NCBI GenBank assembly: GCA_026986575.1
Contig: JALSOH010000004.1
Location: 704,001 to 768,000 of the forward strand
Origin: Thermoproteota archaeon
Lineage (GTDB): Archaea > Korarchaeota > Korarchaeia > Korarchaeales > Korarchaeaceae
Reading direction: 5' to 3'
DNA length: 64,000 bases
Shown: piece after piece, positions 50,554 to 60,041 of the stretch
Position numbering within the stretch: position 1 is the stretch's first letter
How the letters are laid out: every line of letters starts with the position of its first letter
The notes under the pieces: generated by a model
Told to the model about the DNA's origin: nothing
Seen by the model: only the letters and a program-made list of their open reading frames with translations
The model's database searches: none
Made by a program: the position numbers and the translations under genes

Positions 50554-51902
50554 AGGTGATGGAGGACCTGAGAGCTAGGGTGAGGGAGGTAACCCTCAGA
50601 TTAGTGGAGCTGTATGCCGAGAGGATGTCCTTGGTCAGGCGAATAGCAGAGTTGAAGAGGGAGAGAGGCCTCCCGATCAAGAACGAGGTCGTGGAGGCCA
50701 AGCTTTGGGACGAGGTTTCGGCCAAGTGCAGGGAGAGGAGGTTGGATCAGCTGGATTGCAGGAGGATCTTCAGCTTCCTGATCTCCTCCTCAATCAGGGC
50801 TCAGATCCCTGAGGGCGGTGGAGCGGGACCGCACGTGGAGGTCTTCAGGAGGGCCAAGGAGATCGAGAGGTCCGGCAGCAAGGTCTACCACCTAGAGGTG
50901 GGCGAACCCCCATGGTCCTTCCCACCAGCGGTCTTGGATTCCCTAGTGGAGGCCATAAAGAGGGGAGAAACAAGGTACGGCACCTCCACAGGTACCTTCA
51001 GGTTCAGGGAAGCTGCCAGCGAGTGGCTCTCTCGAAGGGACGGCATCGACGCTAGGCCGGAGGAGGTGATACCTACGCCGGGATCCAAGTACGCAATCTT
51101 CTCCATACTGTCCACCTTCCTCAGACCAGGCGATAGGGTGGGAGTGCAGCTCCCTGCCTGGCCCGCCTACAGGGGAATGGCAGCCCATCTCTCCTTGGAG
51201 ATGGTGGAGATCAATTCAACTGAGGAGGTCGAGAAGCTTGAGGGCGTCAGGGCCTTCATCCTCTGCTCTCCCAACAATCCGGATGGGAGGGTGTGGTCCA
51301 AGAGGGAGCTTGAATCCCTAGCAGAGGTTTTGAGGGAGACGGATGCGCTTCTAATCAGCGACGACGCGTATGCGGAGCTATCGTTTGCCGAGAGGGTCTC
51401 CCCCTCCAAGATATACGAAAACACCATATCTGTGAACACCCTGTCGAAGGCCTTCGGCATGACCGGTTTCAGGCTGGGATACGTGCGGGGGGACGAGGAG
51501 AAGATGAGGGAGCTGGCCAAGTTCATCGGCCTGACAATAACGAATGTCCCCGAGTTCATCCAAGAGGCTGGAGCGTCGGCCTTGGAATCAGCTGGCGACT
51601 GGATCCCGAGGGTGATGGAGCACCTGATCTCTTACCTTGACTTGGCCATGAGGAAACTCGAGGGAGCTCCCCTCAAGATGGACAGACCTGATGGAGCGCT
51701 ATACCTCTTTCCAAAGGTGGAACTCGACGATTTCGACTCAATGGACTTCGCATTCAGACTGCTGGAGGAAAAGAAGATAGCTGTCGCACCTGGATCAGGG
51801 TTCGGTCCCTACAACGACAGACTGAGGATAACCTACGCCAGCCCCGATGCAGATCAGGGATTAAGGCTCCTGAGGGAGGCCCTCCAGTCTTGGAAGTCCT
51901 AG
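50550..51902 (+). CDS. Chorismate mutase (AroQ)-class I aminotransferase fusion
   Basis: N-terminal LRARV..L..ERM..V..IAELK...LPI...E; C-terminal LEVGEP, CSPNNPDG, SDDAY, SKAFGMTGFRLGY. Confidence 0.85.
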   Translation: MKVMEDLRARVREVTLRLVELYAERMSLVRRIAELKRERGLPIKNEVVEAKLWDEVSAKCRERRLDQLDCRRIFSFLISSSIRAQIPEGGGAGPHVEVFRRAKEIERSGSKVYHLEVGEPPWSFPPAVLDSLVEAIKRGETRYGTSTGTFRFREAASEWLSRRDGIDARPEEVIPTPGSKYAIFSILSTFLRPGDRVGVQLPAWPAYRGMAAHLSLEMVEINSTEEVEKLEGVRAFILCSPNNPDGRVWSKRELESLAEVLRETDALLISDDAYAELSFAERVSPSKIYENTISVNTLSKAFGMTGFRLGYVRGDEEKMRELAKFIGLTITNVPEFIQEAGASALESAGDWIPRVMEHLISYLDLAMRKLEGAPLKMDRPDGALYLFPKVELDDFDSMDFAFRLLEEKKIAVAPGSGFGPYNDRLRITYASPDADQGLRLLREALQSWKS

Positions 51903-52678
51903 TGATTGGGGCTGGAGCCTTGGGCAGCGTCTTGGCGGAGTACTTGGTTAGGGAGCACCCGGTCTCCGTTTACGATGTGGATAAGGGGAGATCCTCCCGA
52001 CTGGCTGATCGGATAGGGGGCAGACCTATAGAGAGCCTGGAAGGCCCACTCTCGTATGATGTGGTTGTAATTTCCGTTCCCATCTCCGCCACCCCCTCGG
52101 TGGTTCGAGAGGTATCCGCCAAGATGGATGAGGGAACGATAGTCGAGGTCTCATCGGTCAAGTCACCCGTGGTCCCTTCAATGAGGGAGGCGAGTGAGAA
52201 AGGCATAGAGACAGTATCCATACATCCTCTCTTCGGACCTGGGCTGAAGGATCTATCTACGGGGAGAGCAGCCCTTATCCCTATCGTCAACGCGGAGAGG
52301 GAACTGGAGATATCATTCTCTCTTTTCCCATTTGAATACGTGATTGTGAACGTCGAGGATCATGATAGGGCCATGGCCTGGCTCGCCCTCATTCATCTCA
52401 TCCTACATGCCTTCCTCTCATCCTCCGAGAGTGAGGCCGAGGTGATTAAATCGCTCGAGACCACGACCCTCAGGTGGTTCCTCAGGCTTGGTGCTTCCTC
52501 ACTACTCCAGAGTGAATCCCTAACGGAGGACCTCATTAAGGAGAACCCGTACTTTCAGGAAGTGCTGGATCGCTTCCTCAGATCGATGAGCAATGATGTG
52601 AGGCTGCTCAGGAAAAGGTTGAGGGGGTGGATGGAACTCCTCGATCTCGAATCGTCCTACAGGTCCCTTTACGGATGA
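51890..52678 (+). CDS. tyrA: Prephenate/arogenate dehydrogenase
   Basis: VIGAGALG, SVPI, EVSSVK, SIHPLFGP, EDHDRAMA. Confidence 0.88.
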   Translation: MEVLVIGAGALGSVLAEYLVREHPVSVYDVDKGRSSRLADRIGGRPIESLEGPLSYDVVVISVPISATPSVVREVSAKMDEGTIVEVSSVKSPVVPSMREASEKGIETVSIHPLFGPGLKDLSTGRAALIPIVNAERELEISFSLFPFEYVIVNVEDHDRAMAWLALIHLILHAFLSSSESEAEVIKSLETTTLRWFLRLGASSLLQSESLTEDLIKENPYFQEVLDRFLRSMSNDVRLLRKRLRGWMELLDLESSYRSLYG

Positions 52679-52685
52679 GATCGCC

Positions 52686-53627
52686 TCATTCCTCTATCTC
52701 GGCGGGATCCTCATCGGTGCTAGGTTCCACTTCCTCCTCTAGTATCTTCTGAACGAACACGGGGTGCTGGAACAGGGAATGATGCATCTCAGGCGAGTAG
52801 AATTTGGTCCTTCCCTCCAATCCCCTCTCCCTGAACCTCCTCATTAGAACCTCGGTCTCTACATCTGGAGGTACTACGTAGTCTGATCCGAAAGAGAACG
52901 TCCAATCATCGGTGAACGACGGGATGTAGGCTCTCGCCAAAGCGTGCTTGGGGAACGCCTCCCTTATGGCCCTGTACACCCTCTGGAATGCCAACCTATT
53001 TATGTGCAGTCCGGTGCTGTGAGTAACCATGAGGCCGCCCTCCCTCAGGATCTTCCTCACCTCCCCGTAGAACTCCCTAGTGTACAGCCTGGCAGCCTGA
53101 CCATAGGGGTCAGTCAGGTCTAGGATGACCACATCGAACTTCTCCTCCGTATTCTCCACGTAAGCCCTTCCATCACCGATCACGAGCTTCAGCCTGTCGT
53201 CATCGAAGGCACCGGCCGGTACCTCAGGTAGATGCCTCGTCACCAGATCAATGACTGACCTGTCCAGTTCCACCATGGTGACCTCCTTAACGGGATGCTT
53301 GAGCACCTCCCTCAGGGCACCTCCATCACCACCACCTATTATCAAGACCCTCTCAGGCCTCTCAACAGATAGCAAAGCCGGATGAACGAGCGTCTCATGA
53401 TAGATGAATTCATCGTACAGGGAGAGCATCACTATGTGCTCTATGAAGAGCGACCTCCCGTAGAAGGGAAAATCAACCACCTCCACCAGCTGTCCAGCTT
53501 CACTCTGCTCGGAGGAGATGACCCTCTCCACAGGCGTCAGGGTGGCGAGGTTGGGGCCAGCGTGCTCCAAGTAAAGGAGGATCCCATCGATAGTGCGCAG
53601 TCCGGGCTTCGGCAGCTTGGGGGACAT
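52686..53627 (-). CDS. speE: Polyamine aminopropyltransferase (spermidine synthase family)
   Basis: DEFIYHETLVHP, IIGGGDGG..RE, VELD, GDG, DVVILDLTDP. Confidence 0.92.
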   Translation of the reverse strand: MSPKLPKPGLRTIDGILLYLEHAGPNLATLTPVERVISSEQSEAGQLVEVVDFPFYGRSLFIEHIVMLSLYDEFIYHETLVHPALLSVERPERVLIIGGGDGGALREVLKHPVKEVTMVELDRSVIDLVTRHLPEVPAGAFDDDRLKLVIGDGRAYVENTEEKFDVVILDLTDPYGQAARLYTREFYGEVRKILREGGLMVTHSTGLHINRLAFQRVYRAIREAFPKHALARAYIPSFTDDWTFSFGSDYVVPPDVETEVLMRRFRERGLEGRTKFYSPEMHHSLFQHPVFVQKILEEEVEPSTDEDPAEIEE

Positions 53628-53664
53628 AGGGCTCTTTATCCGGCCGGACTTAAAAATATGGTCA

Positions 53665-54732
53665 CTAGAGGAGGGATTTGGAGAGGAGCTCGGCTATGGA
53701 GTCTACGTACTCCTCATCTACGAGCCCCTCCTCCTGCAGGATAGCCAGTTCACCGTAAACGATCTCCCTCAAATCCTCAGACAGGAGATTGCCCCCCCAA
53801 TCTATCCTGTCCACTCTGAGCATAGAAGAGAGCCTTCTATTCACCTCGGTCTCGTCGAAGAGCGAGTCGAACCTCCCAAGGAGATCCTTGATTTTGTGAG
53901 TCAGTCCCGGGGTCTTGAACCTCAGATTGGATATCAGAAATCTCCTCCTAGCCTTCCCCTTTGTCTCCACTAGGTAGATAGGCAAGAGAATCTCCCCTAT
54001 GGGGGGCGCAGATCTCAGAGTGCTGACAAGTTCCTCGTACGCTCTCGCAGCGCCTTCTATTCTCGAAATCAGGGAAGAGCACGCTCCCTCTATTCGGCTT
54101 CTCTCGTGCTGATACTCCCTCCTGAGGCTCGAGTCCGGTGGATATCTCTCAATCCACGAGTCCAGCTCCCTCACCATCTCGTCGCAGGAAAGCCTCACCT
54201 CAGATGCGAGTCGAGTGAACCTCTGAAGAGAGGACTCCAGCTCGTCAAGCCTGCCCATCAGGGACCTTAACCCTTTGGAGGAGAGGGGATCGCATTCGTG
54301 GCCGACTTGGATGCACAAGTCAACTTCGGTCGTCCTACTTAATAGAGGGAACAGGAAGCTGGGGGCAATTCCCTCTAATCTCACCTCCTCACTGGGAGGC
54401 CTGAAGGAAGATAGAGCGGACACTCTAGATGCGAAGGTCCTATGATCCAAGGCCGTTCTCAGCGTGGAAAGGGCTGACTCCCAAGCTCCCACATCTTCCA
54501 ACCTGTAGACAGGTTCTAGGGAGCAGATCCTGTCCATCACCACCGAGAGTCCGTCTACTGTGACTCCTTTCAGGGGGATGTATCTCAACCTGATAGAGTC
54601 GAGGATCTCCTCTTTCCTGCTGAACAGACCCTTCTTCTTCCTCTTCTCCTGTATGAAAGAGAGGATAGCTGTTAAGTGGGCTGCTAGACTCTGCCTGGGA
54701 TAATCCGATAGTATGTTCACGATCTCGGCCAT
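53665..54732 (-). CDS. Hypothetical protein with central coiled coil
   Basis: Long ORF overlapping the upstream AKR stop; no recognisable motif. Confidence 0.7.
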   Translation of the reverse strand: MAEIVNILSDYPRQSLAAHLTAILSFIQEKRKKKGLFSRKEEILDSIRLRYIPLKGVTVDGLSVVMDRICSLEPVYRLEDVGAWESALSTLRTALDHRTFASRVSALSSFRPPSEEVRLEGIAPSFLFPLLSRTTEVDLCIQVGHECDPLSSKGLRSLMGRLDELESSLQRFTRLASEVRLSCDEMVRELDSWIERYPPDSSLRREYQHERSRIEGACSSLISRIEGAARAYEELVSTLRSAPPIGEILLPIYLVETKGKARRRFLISNLRFKTPGLTHKIKDLLGRFDSLFDETEVNRRLSSMLRVDRIDWGGNLLSEDLREIVYGELAILQEEGLVDEEYVDSIAELLSKSLL

Positions 54733-55553
54733 CTCGATCTCTCCTCCAGCACATCCAGTTCCCTCATCAGCTCATCGGGTATCCTCCATCCAACTGAGCC
54801 GGCTAGCTCCTCCACGTGATTCACACGAGACGCCTTTGGAATTGCCACAACCATCGGCTTGGATATGAGCCAGTTTATCGCTACCTGAGCCGGGGTCTTC
54901 CCCATCTTAGCGGCAATCACCTTCAGCTTATAAGGTGGTCTCTTTGCCAGTCTCCCCCTGTCTAGGGGGCTGTACGCCATGAGGGTTATTCTCTCCCTCT
55001 GACAGTAGGGAAGCAAGTCCTCCTCGGGTTCTCTTACCCTCAGGCTGTACTCCACCTGATTAGTCACCACATCATTATGCTCCAACAGTTCCCTGGCTCT
55101 CTTCAGCAGATCCAGTGAGAAGTTGCTCACCCCAATGTACCTTACGATGCCCTCGCTAACCAGCTCCTCCATCGCCCTCAGCGTTTCCTCGAGCGAGTAG
55201 GAAGGATTTGGCCAGTGGATGAGGTAGATATCGATGTAAGTACCGAGTCTCGCGGCGCTGGCCCTAGCTGCCCTCTTCACCGACTCGTAGGCCAAGTTGG
55301 TTCCCCATACTTTGGTTACTATGGTGATGGATTCCCTATCGAAAGGTTTTATGGCCTCGCCAACCAGCTCCTCAGCCTTCCCCCATCCATACATCTCTGC
55401 GGTATCTATGAGCGTCATCCCCAATTCAATACCCCTTCTAAGCGCGGCTATTGCCTCTCCCTTGGGAGTCGCCTCTATCTGGTAGGTGCCGAGGCCCACC
55501 TTAGGTATCTTAACCCCCGTACCGTCAAGTTCCTCGTATTCCACGGGGATCAC
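54717..55553 (-). CDS. Aldo/keto reductase
   Basis: GLGT, IDTAEMYG, TKVW, YLIHWP, IGVSNF, NQVEYS, AYSPL, IPKAS. Confidence 0.95.
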   Translation of the reverse strand: MIPVEYEELDGTGVKIPKVGLGTYQIEATPKGEAIAALRRGIELGMTLIDTAEMYGWGKAEELVGEAIKPFDRESITIVTKVWGTNLAYESVKRAARASAARLGTYIDIYLIHWPNPSYSLEETLRAMEELVSEGIVRYIGVSNFSLDLLKRARELLEHNDVVTNQVEYSLRVREPEEDLLPYCQRERITLMAYSPLDRGRLAKRPPYKLKVIAAKMGKTPAQVAINWLISKPMVVAIPKASRVNHVEELAGSVGWRIPDELMRELDVLEERSRWPRS

Positions 55554-57129
55554 CTATCATAAGCTCCTGAGCTAGGGGAATACCGTTACCATTAAGATCA
55601 AGTTGCAGGAGCCCGGAGGTTTTATATCTATCTGATCCGGCTACTACAACCACTAGGGTATCGCCTTCCAAGCTCACGTGTACGATCTGCCCTCCCTCCA
55701 TGAGGGAAGCCTTCTCGGCGCCGGATAGCAGAGAGGCTGCAATGTTTGTGGGCATGTTACTATCGGTCGGAGCCTTGTGACCGCCCAGCACGATGACCAC
55801 GTCGTAATTGCCGAACTCGTCCGCGGAATTTATCCTGTGGAGGGTAACTCCTGAGGAGTTCGCGGCTGATATCAGGTCCTCAGACGAGAGATTCCAGTCT
55901 ATGTCGTTAGAGTAGACGGCCACCCTTCTGACGCGGGTGGTCACGTTGATCTCGTAGACCCTGTTCTTGGCTCCAGTAAACACGAGGGAGAGGATGCCTG
56001 AGGCCTCTATCCCGTGGAGGGATGTCAGGGAGAGCGTGACATTGAAGGGCGGGGTGCTGGACTGGGGGGAGAGGGATACGTTCAGCCATTCGGGAGAACC
56101 TAAGACCCCAGCGGATACTTCACCGCTGAAGTTCCCCGTGGGCACAACCCTCAGGGACACATTCCTCTCCAATCCGCCAACCAGATCTACTTGGGAGGGC
56201 CCCATCACCGTGAAGCCCCTCCACTCAAGGACCGTGAGGTTCACTGGGGCTGAGGCCTCCATGACGCCCTCAGCTCTTATGACCATCGTGTACCCCCCTC
56301 CCGGAGCGGTGTCCGGAACCTCCAAGTTGAGGGTGCTGTTGAACGGAGGGAATCCCTGTTGAGGGGAGAACTCGTAGGAGAGAAAATCAGGACCCTCTAA
56401 AGACAGGTTTATCGGTTTTGAGAGGTGGCCCGTCACGAACACCCTTATGCTTGTGTTCTCACCTTGAGTGACCACCACCTCGGGGGCCTCGAGAACAAGG
56501 CCCAGCGAGGCGGCCTCGTACTCTATCATAAGAACGGGCCCGTTAGATTCACTTACCTCTGAGTAGAACTCGTAGTAACCCTCTTGTCCCTCAGCTATTT
56601 TGATCAGGAGCCAGCCACTGCTCTCCAGCTCGTTGTCGACGGCAGCTTGGACGTAGGACGTCAGATTTATCTCGGCTCGGGGAAGGGAACCAGTTCCCTC
56701 ACCCCACTTCTCAATGAGGTCACCTCCTGGAGTGCTCCAAGGGAGGCCCGATCTCACACTGTTCCAGGTCGTTCCAAATATGTCGGGTTCTCCCCTCACA
56801 TCCCATACCTCTATAGTGGGGTTAGACGTGTTATACGTGGTCAGTACTAGAGTAGCGTTGAGTATCTTGGAATATTGAGGTATGTGCGACCTTATCTCAC
56901 CTATATCGAACCTTAAAAGGGCTCTAGCTTCTATGGTGTCGTTGTCCACTGTGGTTCTGGATACTCTGAGGACTTGGGAGCTCGCATGAGGGGTGTCAGG
57001 CTCCCAGCTGGCTATGTAGCAGTCGACGTAGGACCCGACCGTAAGAGAGTCGCTTGCTTCCATCAACGAGACGGGAATGAGCAGGAGAACCATAGAAAGA
57101 ATGGATAGTGATCTAGCAGAGACCTTCAT
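55525..57129 (-). CDS. Surface protein: DNRLRE-like domain, two Ig-like repeats and a C-terminal S-layer/CWB2-like domain
   Basis: Signal peptide, DCYI, RALLRFD, TW..W.TPGGD, FYS.....P.L; PPFN repeats; VYSNDID..VLGGHKAP..VAGSDRYKT. Confidence 0.8.
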   Translation of the reverse strand: MKVSARSLSILSMVLLLIPVSLMEASDSLTVGSYVDCYIASWEPDTPHASSQVLRVSRTTVDNDTIEARALLRFDIGEIRSHIPQYSKILNATLVLTTYNTSNPTIEVWDVRGEPDIFGTTWNSVRSGLPWSTPGGDLIEKWGEGTGSLPRAEINLTSYVQAAVDNELESSGWLLIKIAEGQEGYYEFYSEVSESNGPVLMIEYEAASLGLVLEAPEVVVTQGENTSIRVFVTGHLSKPINLSLEGPDFLSYEFSPQQGFPPFNSTLNLEVPDTAPGGGYTMVIRAEGVMEASAPVNLTVLEWRGFTVMGPSQVDLVGGLERNVSLRVVPTGNFSGEVSAGVLGSPEWLNVSLSPQSSTPPFNVTLSLTSLHGIEASGILSLVFTGAKNRVYEINVTTRVRRVAVYSNDIDWNLSSEDLISAANSSGVTLHRINSADEFGNYDVVIVLGGHKAPTDSNMPTNIAASLLSGAEKASLMEGGQIVHVSLEGDTLVVVVAGSDRYKTSGLLQLDLNGNGIPLAQELMIGDPRGIRGT

Positions 57130-57910
57130 AAAATTCAGGCCTCCTGTCCCCGAATACATCGTTCAGCTCATTTATCTTCTTGTTGTCAGCGAGCTTAGGA
57201 TCTACCTCCGCAACCATAGCGTGCTCCCCTTCCTTGGGAGCTTGGACAAGCACTTTCATGCCGGGATCCACTACTAGCGATCTGCCCTCATACTCGAACC
57301 TCTTCCCTCCCCTCTCCTCTACCCCGCTCCTGTCCGAGAGGATGATGTAGACCCTGTTCTCGACGGCTCTGGCCAGGTCCACGGTGGGCGCGAAGGGGAG
57401 CACGAGATTGGAGGGGTGAGCTATGACTTGGGCGCCTTTCAAGGCTAAAGTCCTCGCTGCCTCCGGGAAACGCCAGTCGTAGCATATCATGACCCCAACC
57501 CTCATACCGGCCACGTGGAACACTCGGAAGCCGGTATCCCCAGGTTCAAAGAACAACTTCTCCTCAAAGAATAGGTGAGTCTTCCTGTAAACTCCCTTTA
57601 CATCGCCATTTTCGTCGATAACCACTGCTGAATTGTAGAACTTATCGCCATCTCTCTCCGCGAAGCCGGCGATCAAGGCAGTGGACGTATCCTCAGCGAA
57701 CTTTCTCAGTTCGCTCACGGTGTATCCCTCGAGATCCTCAGCTAGCTTCGAAACTTCTTCCTTACTCAAGAAGAGGTAGCCAGTATTGAACAGCTCGGGA
57801 AAGACTAGTAAGTCCGCCTCCACCTTGGAGGCGAGCTCTAGGGCCCTCGCTACGTTCCTCTCGACCTCACCGAATAGGGGATCGTTCTGGACGAAACCCA
57901 CCTTCTTCAT
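57113..57910 (-). CDS. Carbon-nitrogen hydrolase (nitrilase/amidase family)
   Basis: VFPELF (Glu), YRKTHL (Lys), ICYDWRFPE (Cys), ARAVEN, RRPE.Y. Confidence 0.93.
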   Translation of the reverse strand: MKKVGFVQNDPLFGEVERNVARALELASKVEADLLVFPELFNTGYLFLSKEEVSKLAEDLEGYTVSELRKFAEDTSTALIAGFAERDGDKFYNSAVVIDENGDVKGVYRKTHLFFEEKLFFEPGDTGFRVFHVAGMRVGVMICYDWRFPEAARTLALKGAQVIAHPSNLVLPFAPTVDLARAVENRVYIILSDRSGVEERGGKRFEYEGRSLVVDPGMKVLVQAPKEGEHAMVAEVDPKLADNKKINELNDVFGDRRPEFYEGLC

Positions 57911-57950
57911 GCGCTATCCTAGCGAGGCCTACCATAGCGCCTATTAACCT

Positions 57951-58244
57951 TCACGGGATGAGCTCCATGAGGATGAGCAGGAGTACACCAGCTAGGATAA
58001 GTTTCCTCCCTTTGTATGTGAATATATCGCTCGCCCATAGCACCACTCCCAAGGCGATGAGTGTCCCAGCGAGGACCCTCCCTATAGAGATCGCGGACTC
58101 CTTCAACACGTTAAGTATGTTCATAATGCTCTGAGTCAGCTCATTTATCGCGCTCTCGAAACTAGAAAACGGATCCTGAGCCTTGACCACTAGGGGAGTC
58201 ATTAGGAGCACCATTATAAGAGCTGAGTAGACAAGCGCCCTCAT
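57951..58244 (-). CDS. VirB2/TrbC-like pilin candidate
   Basis: Signal peptide (VKA-Q), amphipathic helix, and two TMs joined by a basic loop (GVVLWAS..KGRKLILAG). Confidence 0.6.
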   Translation of the reverse strand: MRALVYSALIMVLLMTPLVVKAQDPFSSFESAINELTQSIMNILNVLKESAISIGRVLAGTLIALGVVLWASDIFTYKGRKLILAGVLLLILMELIP

Positions 58245-58305
58245 CGTTTGAATCGAAAGACCGTAGGATAAGTAGGAGAATAAATGCGCTAACGACTGGA
58301 AACTT

Positions 58306-59112
58306 TCACGAGCCCCTCGCCCTGATCTCCCACTCCCTTATGCAAGAGAATCCCCTCCTTAACCTTCCACCCCGTATTATGATCGCCTCCTTATCGAAGA
58401 CAACGGCCTTGAAGGCGATAGCGACCTCCTCTTCAGCGAACTTGGTGGTATAAGTGAGCCTGAGGCTTATCCCCTCATCAGTGAGGTTCTTCCTCAGGTA
58501 CCTCACGAGTGAGGTTAGTTCCTCCCTCATCTCTTGGAGGGCTGCGGTGACGTTCTCCTCACTAGAGAAAGCTTCCTTGACGATACCTATGGTCCGGTGT
58601 CTTAGACGGGTGAGGACCTCTCTGATGAGGAAGTAGGTAGTGGGCTGGCAGGCCTCGACATCGAAGTACCTCCTCGCCTTGATGCCGAGCAAATCATCCC
58701 TAATCGTTAGCCCCGACGATGCGACAACTTTTATCCCTCCGTCCCTACAGTAGCCCCCGAAGGCCTGATCCGAGACATCGCCCTCTCTTGACTCGCCTAT
58801 AGAGTAACGGAGATCTCCCATCAGGGAGAAGCCTTTGCTCATCAAGTCTTCCCTCAGGAGTTGGACGAACAGACTTCCGTTCGGAGGTGGGGGGAGCTCC
58901 TCACAGGCCGTCGCGTTTACCCCAGCAAGCCACCTATCCACCCAAGACCTAGCGAAGATCATGGACCGGGCTTTGAGCGTGTCGGCCTCCGCACTTATCT
59001 CATACATCCTCAATTCCCCCATGTAGAGGAGCCAGTCCTCATCAGAGCGCGGTGCGCTGACTAAGAAGGAGGCCACAAGGAGAGCGATAAGGATGAGAAC
59101 AAGCTCCTTCAT
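58306..59112 (-). CDS. Membrane-anchored hypothetical protein with 4 Cys
   Basis: N-terminal TM; ATGA overlap with the upstream ORF. Confidence 0.75.
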   Translation of the reverse strand: MKELVLILIALLVASFLVSAPRSDEDWLLYMGELRMYEISAEADTLKARSMIFARSWVDRWLAGVNATACEELPPPPNGSLFVQLLREDLMSKGFSLMGDLRYSIGESREGDVSDQAFGGYCRDGGIKVVASSGLTIRDDLLGIKARRYFDVEACQPTTYFLIREVLTRLRHRTIGIVKEAFSSEENVTAALQEMREELTSLVRYLRKNLTDEGISLRLTYTTKFAEEEVAIAFKAVVFDKEAIIIRGGRLRRGFSCIREWEIRARGS

Positions 59113-59384
59113 GGCGAACCCACCCTCATTTTCTTATACGGCGAGGTTCCGGGTATCAGAATGCAATAATAGATTCCCTTCTCGCCTCCACATGTGCTTA
59201 CGAGCTCCCCCTGCCCCGATTGACCGAGGAGGATCCTGTATCCGAGCTGGTTTACCGTCCTCTTGAGGTTACTGCATGCCCTAGCTTTCCACTTCACCTG
59301 CCATCCGGGATGAACTCTAGTCGGGATCACCAGAGCGTAAGACACGACGAGAATTGAGATTAACGCAGCAAGCAGCCACTTCAA
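59109..59384 (-). CDS. Small membrane-anchored Cys-containing protein
   Basis: N-terminal TM; TTG start overlaps the TGA of the 27-aa ORF. Confidence 0.7.
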   Translation of the reverse strand: MKWLLAALISILVVSYALVIPTRVHPGWQVKWKARACSNLKRTVNQLGYRILLGQSGQGELVSTCGGEKGIYYCILIPGTSPYKKMRVGSP

Positions 59385-59464
59385 CCTAGAGCACCTGCCA
59401 AAGCCATCAAGAGTAGGGCCACTATGAGCAGGGTCAATAGTGCCTCTAGGAACTCCTCTAACAT
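59381..59464 (-). CDS. 27-aa single-TM micro-protein
   Basis: MLEEFLEALLTLLIVALLLMALAGALG*; overlaps both neighbours; GTGAG lies before the ATG. Confidence 0.65.
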   Translation of the reverse strand: MLEEFLEALLTLLIVALLLMALAGALG

Positions 59465-59676
59465 CTCACGACCCTCCTTAGATAGTTGGAAGCGTCCAAA
59501 TCCAGCGAGTCAGCGAGCTCTCTTAACTTCCGCCGAACCTCGTTCATCCTAGCGCAGCCGTAGCTCTCGAGAGCAGGGATAAGGGAGGACAGGGCGAGTA
59601 GCACGATCAGCAGGAGGGCGATCAGTGATAGAAGGGAGAGAGAAGCGCTCAATCCTTCCTCCAAGCTCCCGCCCAT
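59458..59676 (-). CDS. Small pilin-like membrane protein
   Basis: MGGSLEEGLSASLSLLSLIALLLIVLLAL followed by an amphipathic helix. Start uncertain. Confidence 0.6.
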   Translation of the reverse strand: MGGSLEEGLSASLSLLSLIALLLIVLLALSSLIPALESYGCARMNEVRRKLRELADSLDLDASNYLRRVVRC

Positions 59677-60041
59677 CCCAATGATACGTACTGCTCCCGC
59701 CAAATGCTGATGAACCTGCCGAAACCCAAGGCTTCACCGTGGCACCTGACCTCAAAGGGGTACCTGAGGCTGGCGGAGGCGTTTCCCGATCTCACCCTGA
59801 CTAGGTGTCCACCGCAGGAAAAGCTCACCTTGCATGGGAGGTACACATAGGTCTCAGAGAGTCCTCCCCCTAGCGAATTGGTTATTGCCAAGTCGATGGA
59901 TCTGATGGCCGTGTTCACACAATTTACGGATCTCTTCTCATCCAGCGATCTCATGGCCCTGCTGACCGGTCCGTTGATCGAGTACAGTATCAGGGCCAAT
60001 CCCGCCGCCATCAGGAGGGCCCTCTCTAGGGAAGCCCTCAT
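59649..60041 (-). CDS. Pilin-like protein with possible class III signal peptide
   Basis: MRA/SLERALLMAAGLALILYSI, then a long helix and a Cys-containing beta region; ATGA overlap at 60038-60041. Confidence 0.65.
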   Translation of the reverse strand: MRASLERALLMAAGLALILYSINGPVSRAMRSLDEKRSVNCVNTAIRSIDLAITNSLGGGLSETYVYLPCKVSFSCGGHLVRVRSGNASASLRYPFEVRCHGEALGFGRFISIWREQYVSLGWAGAWRKD

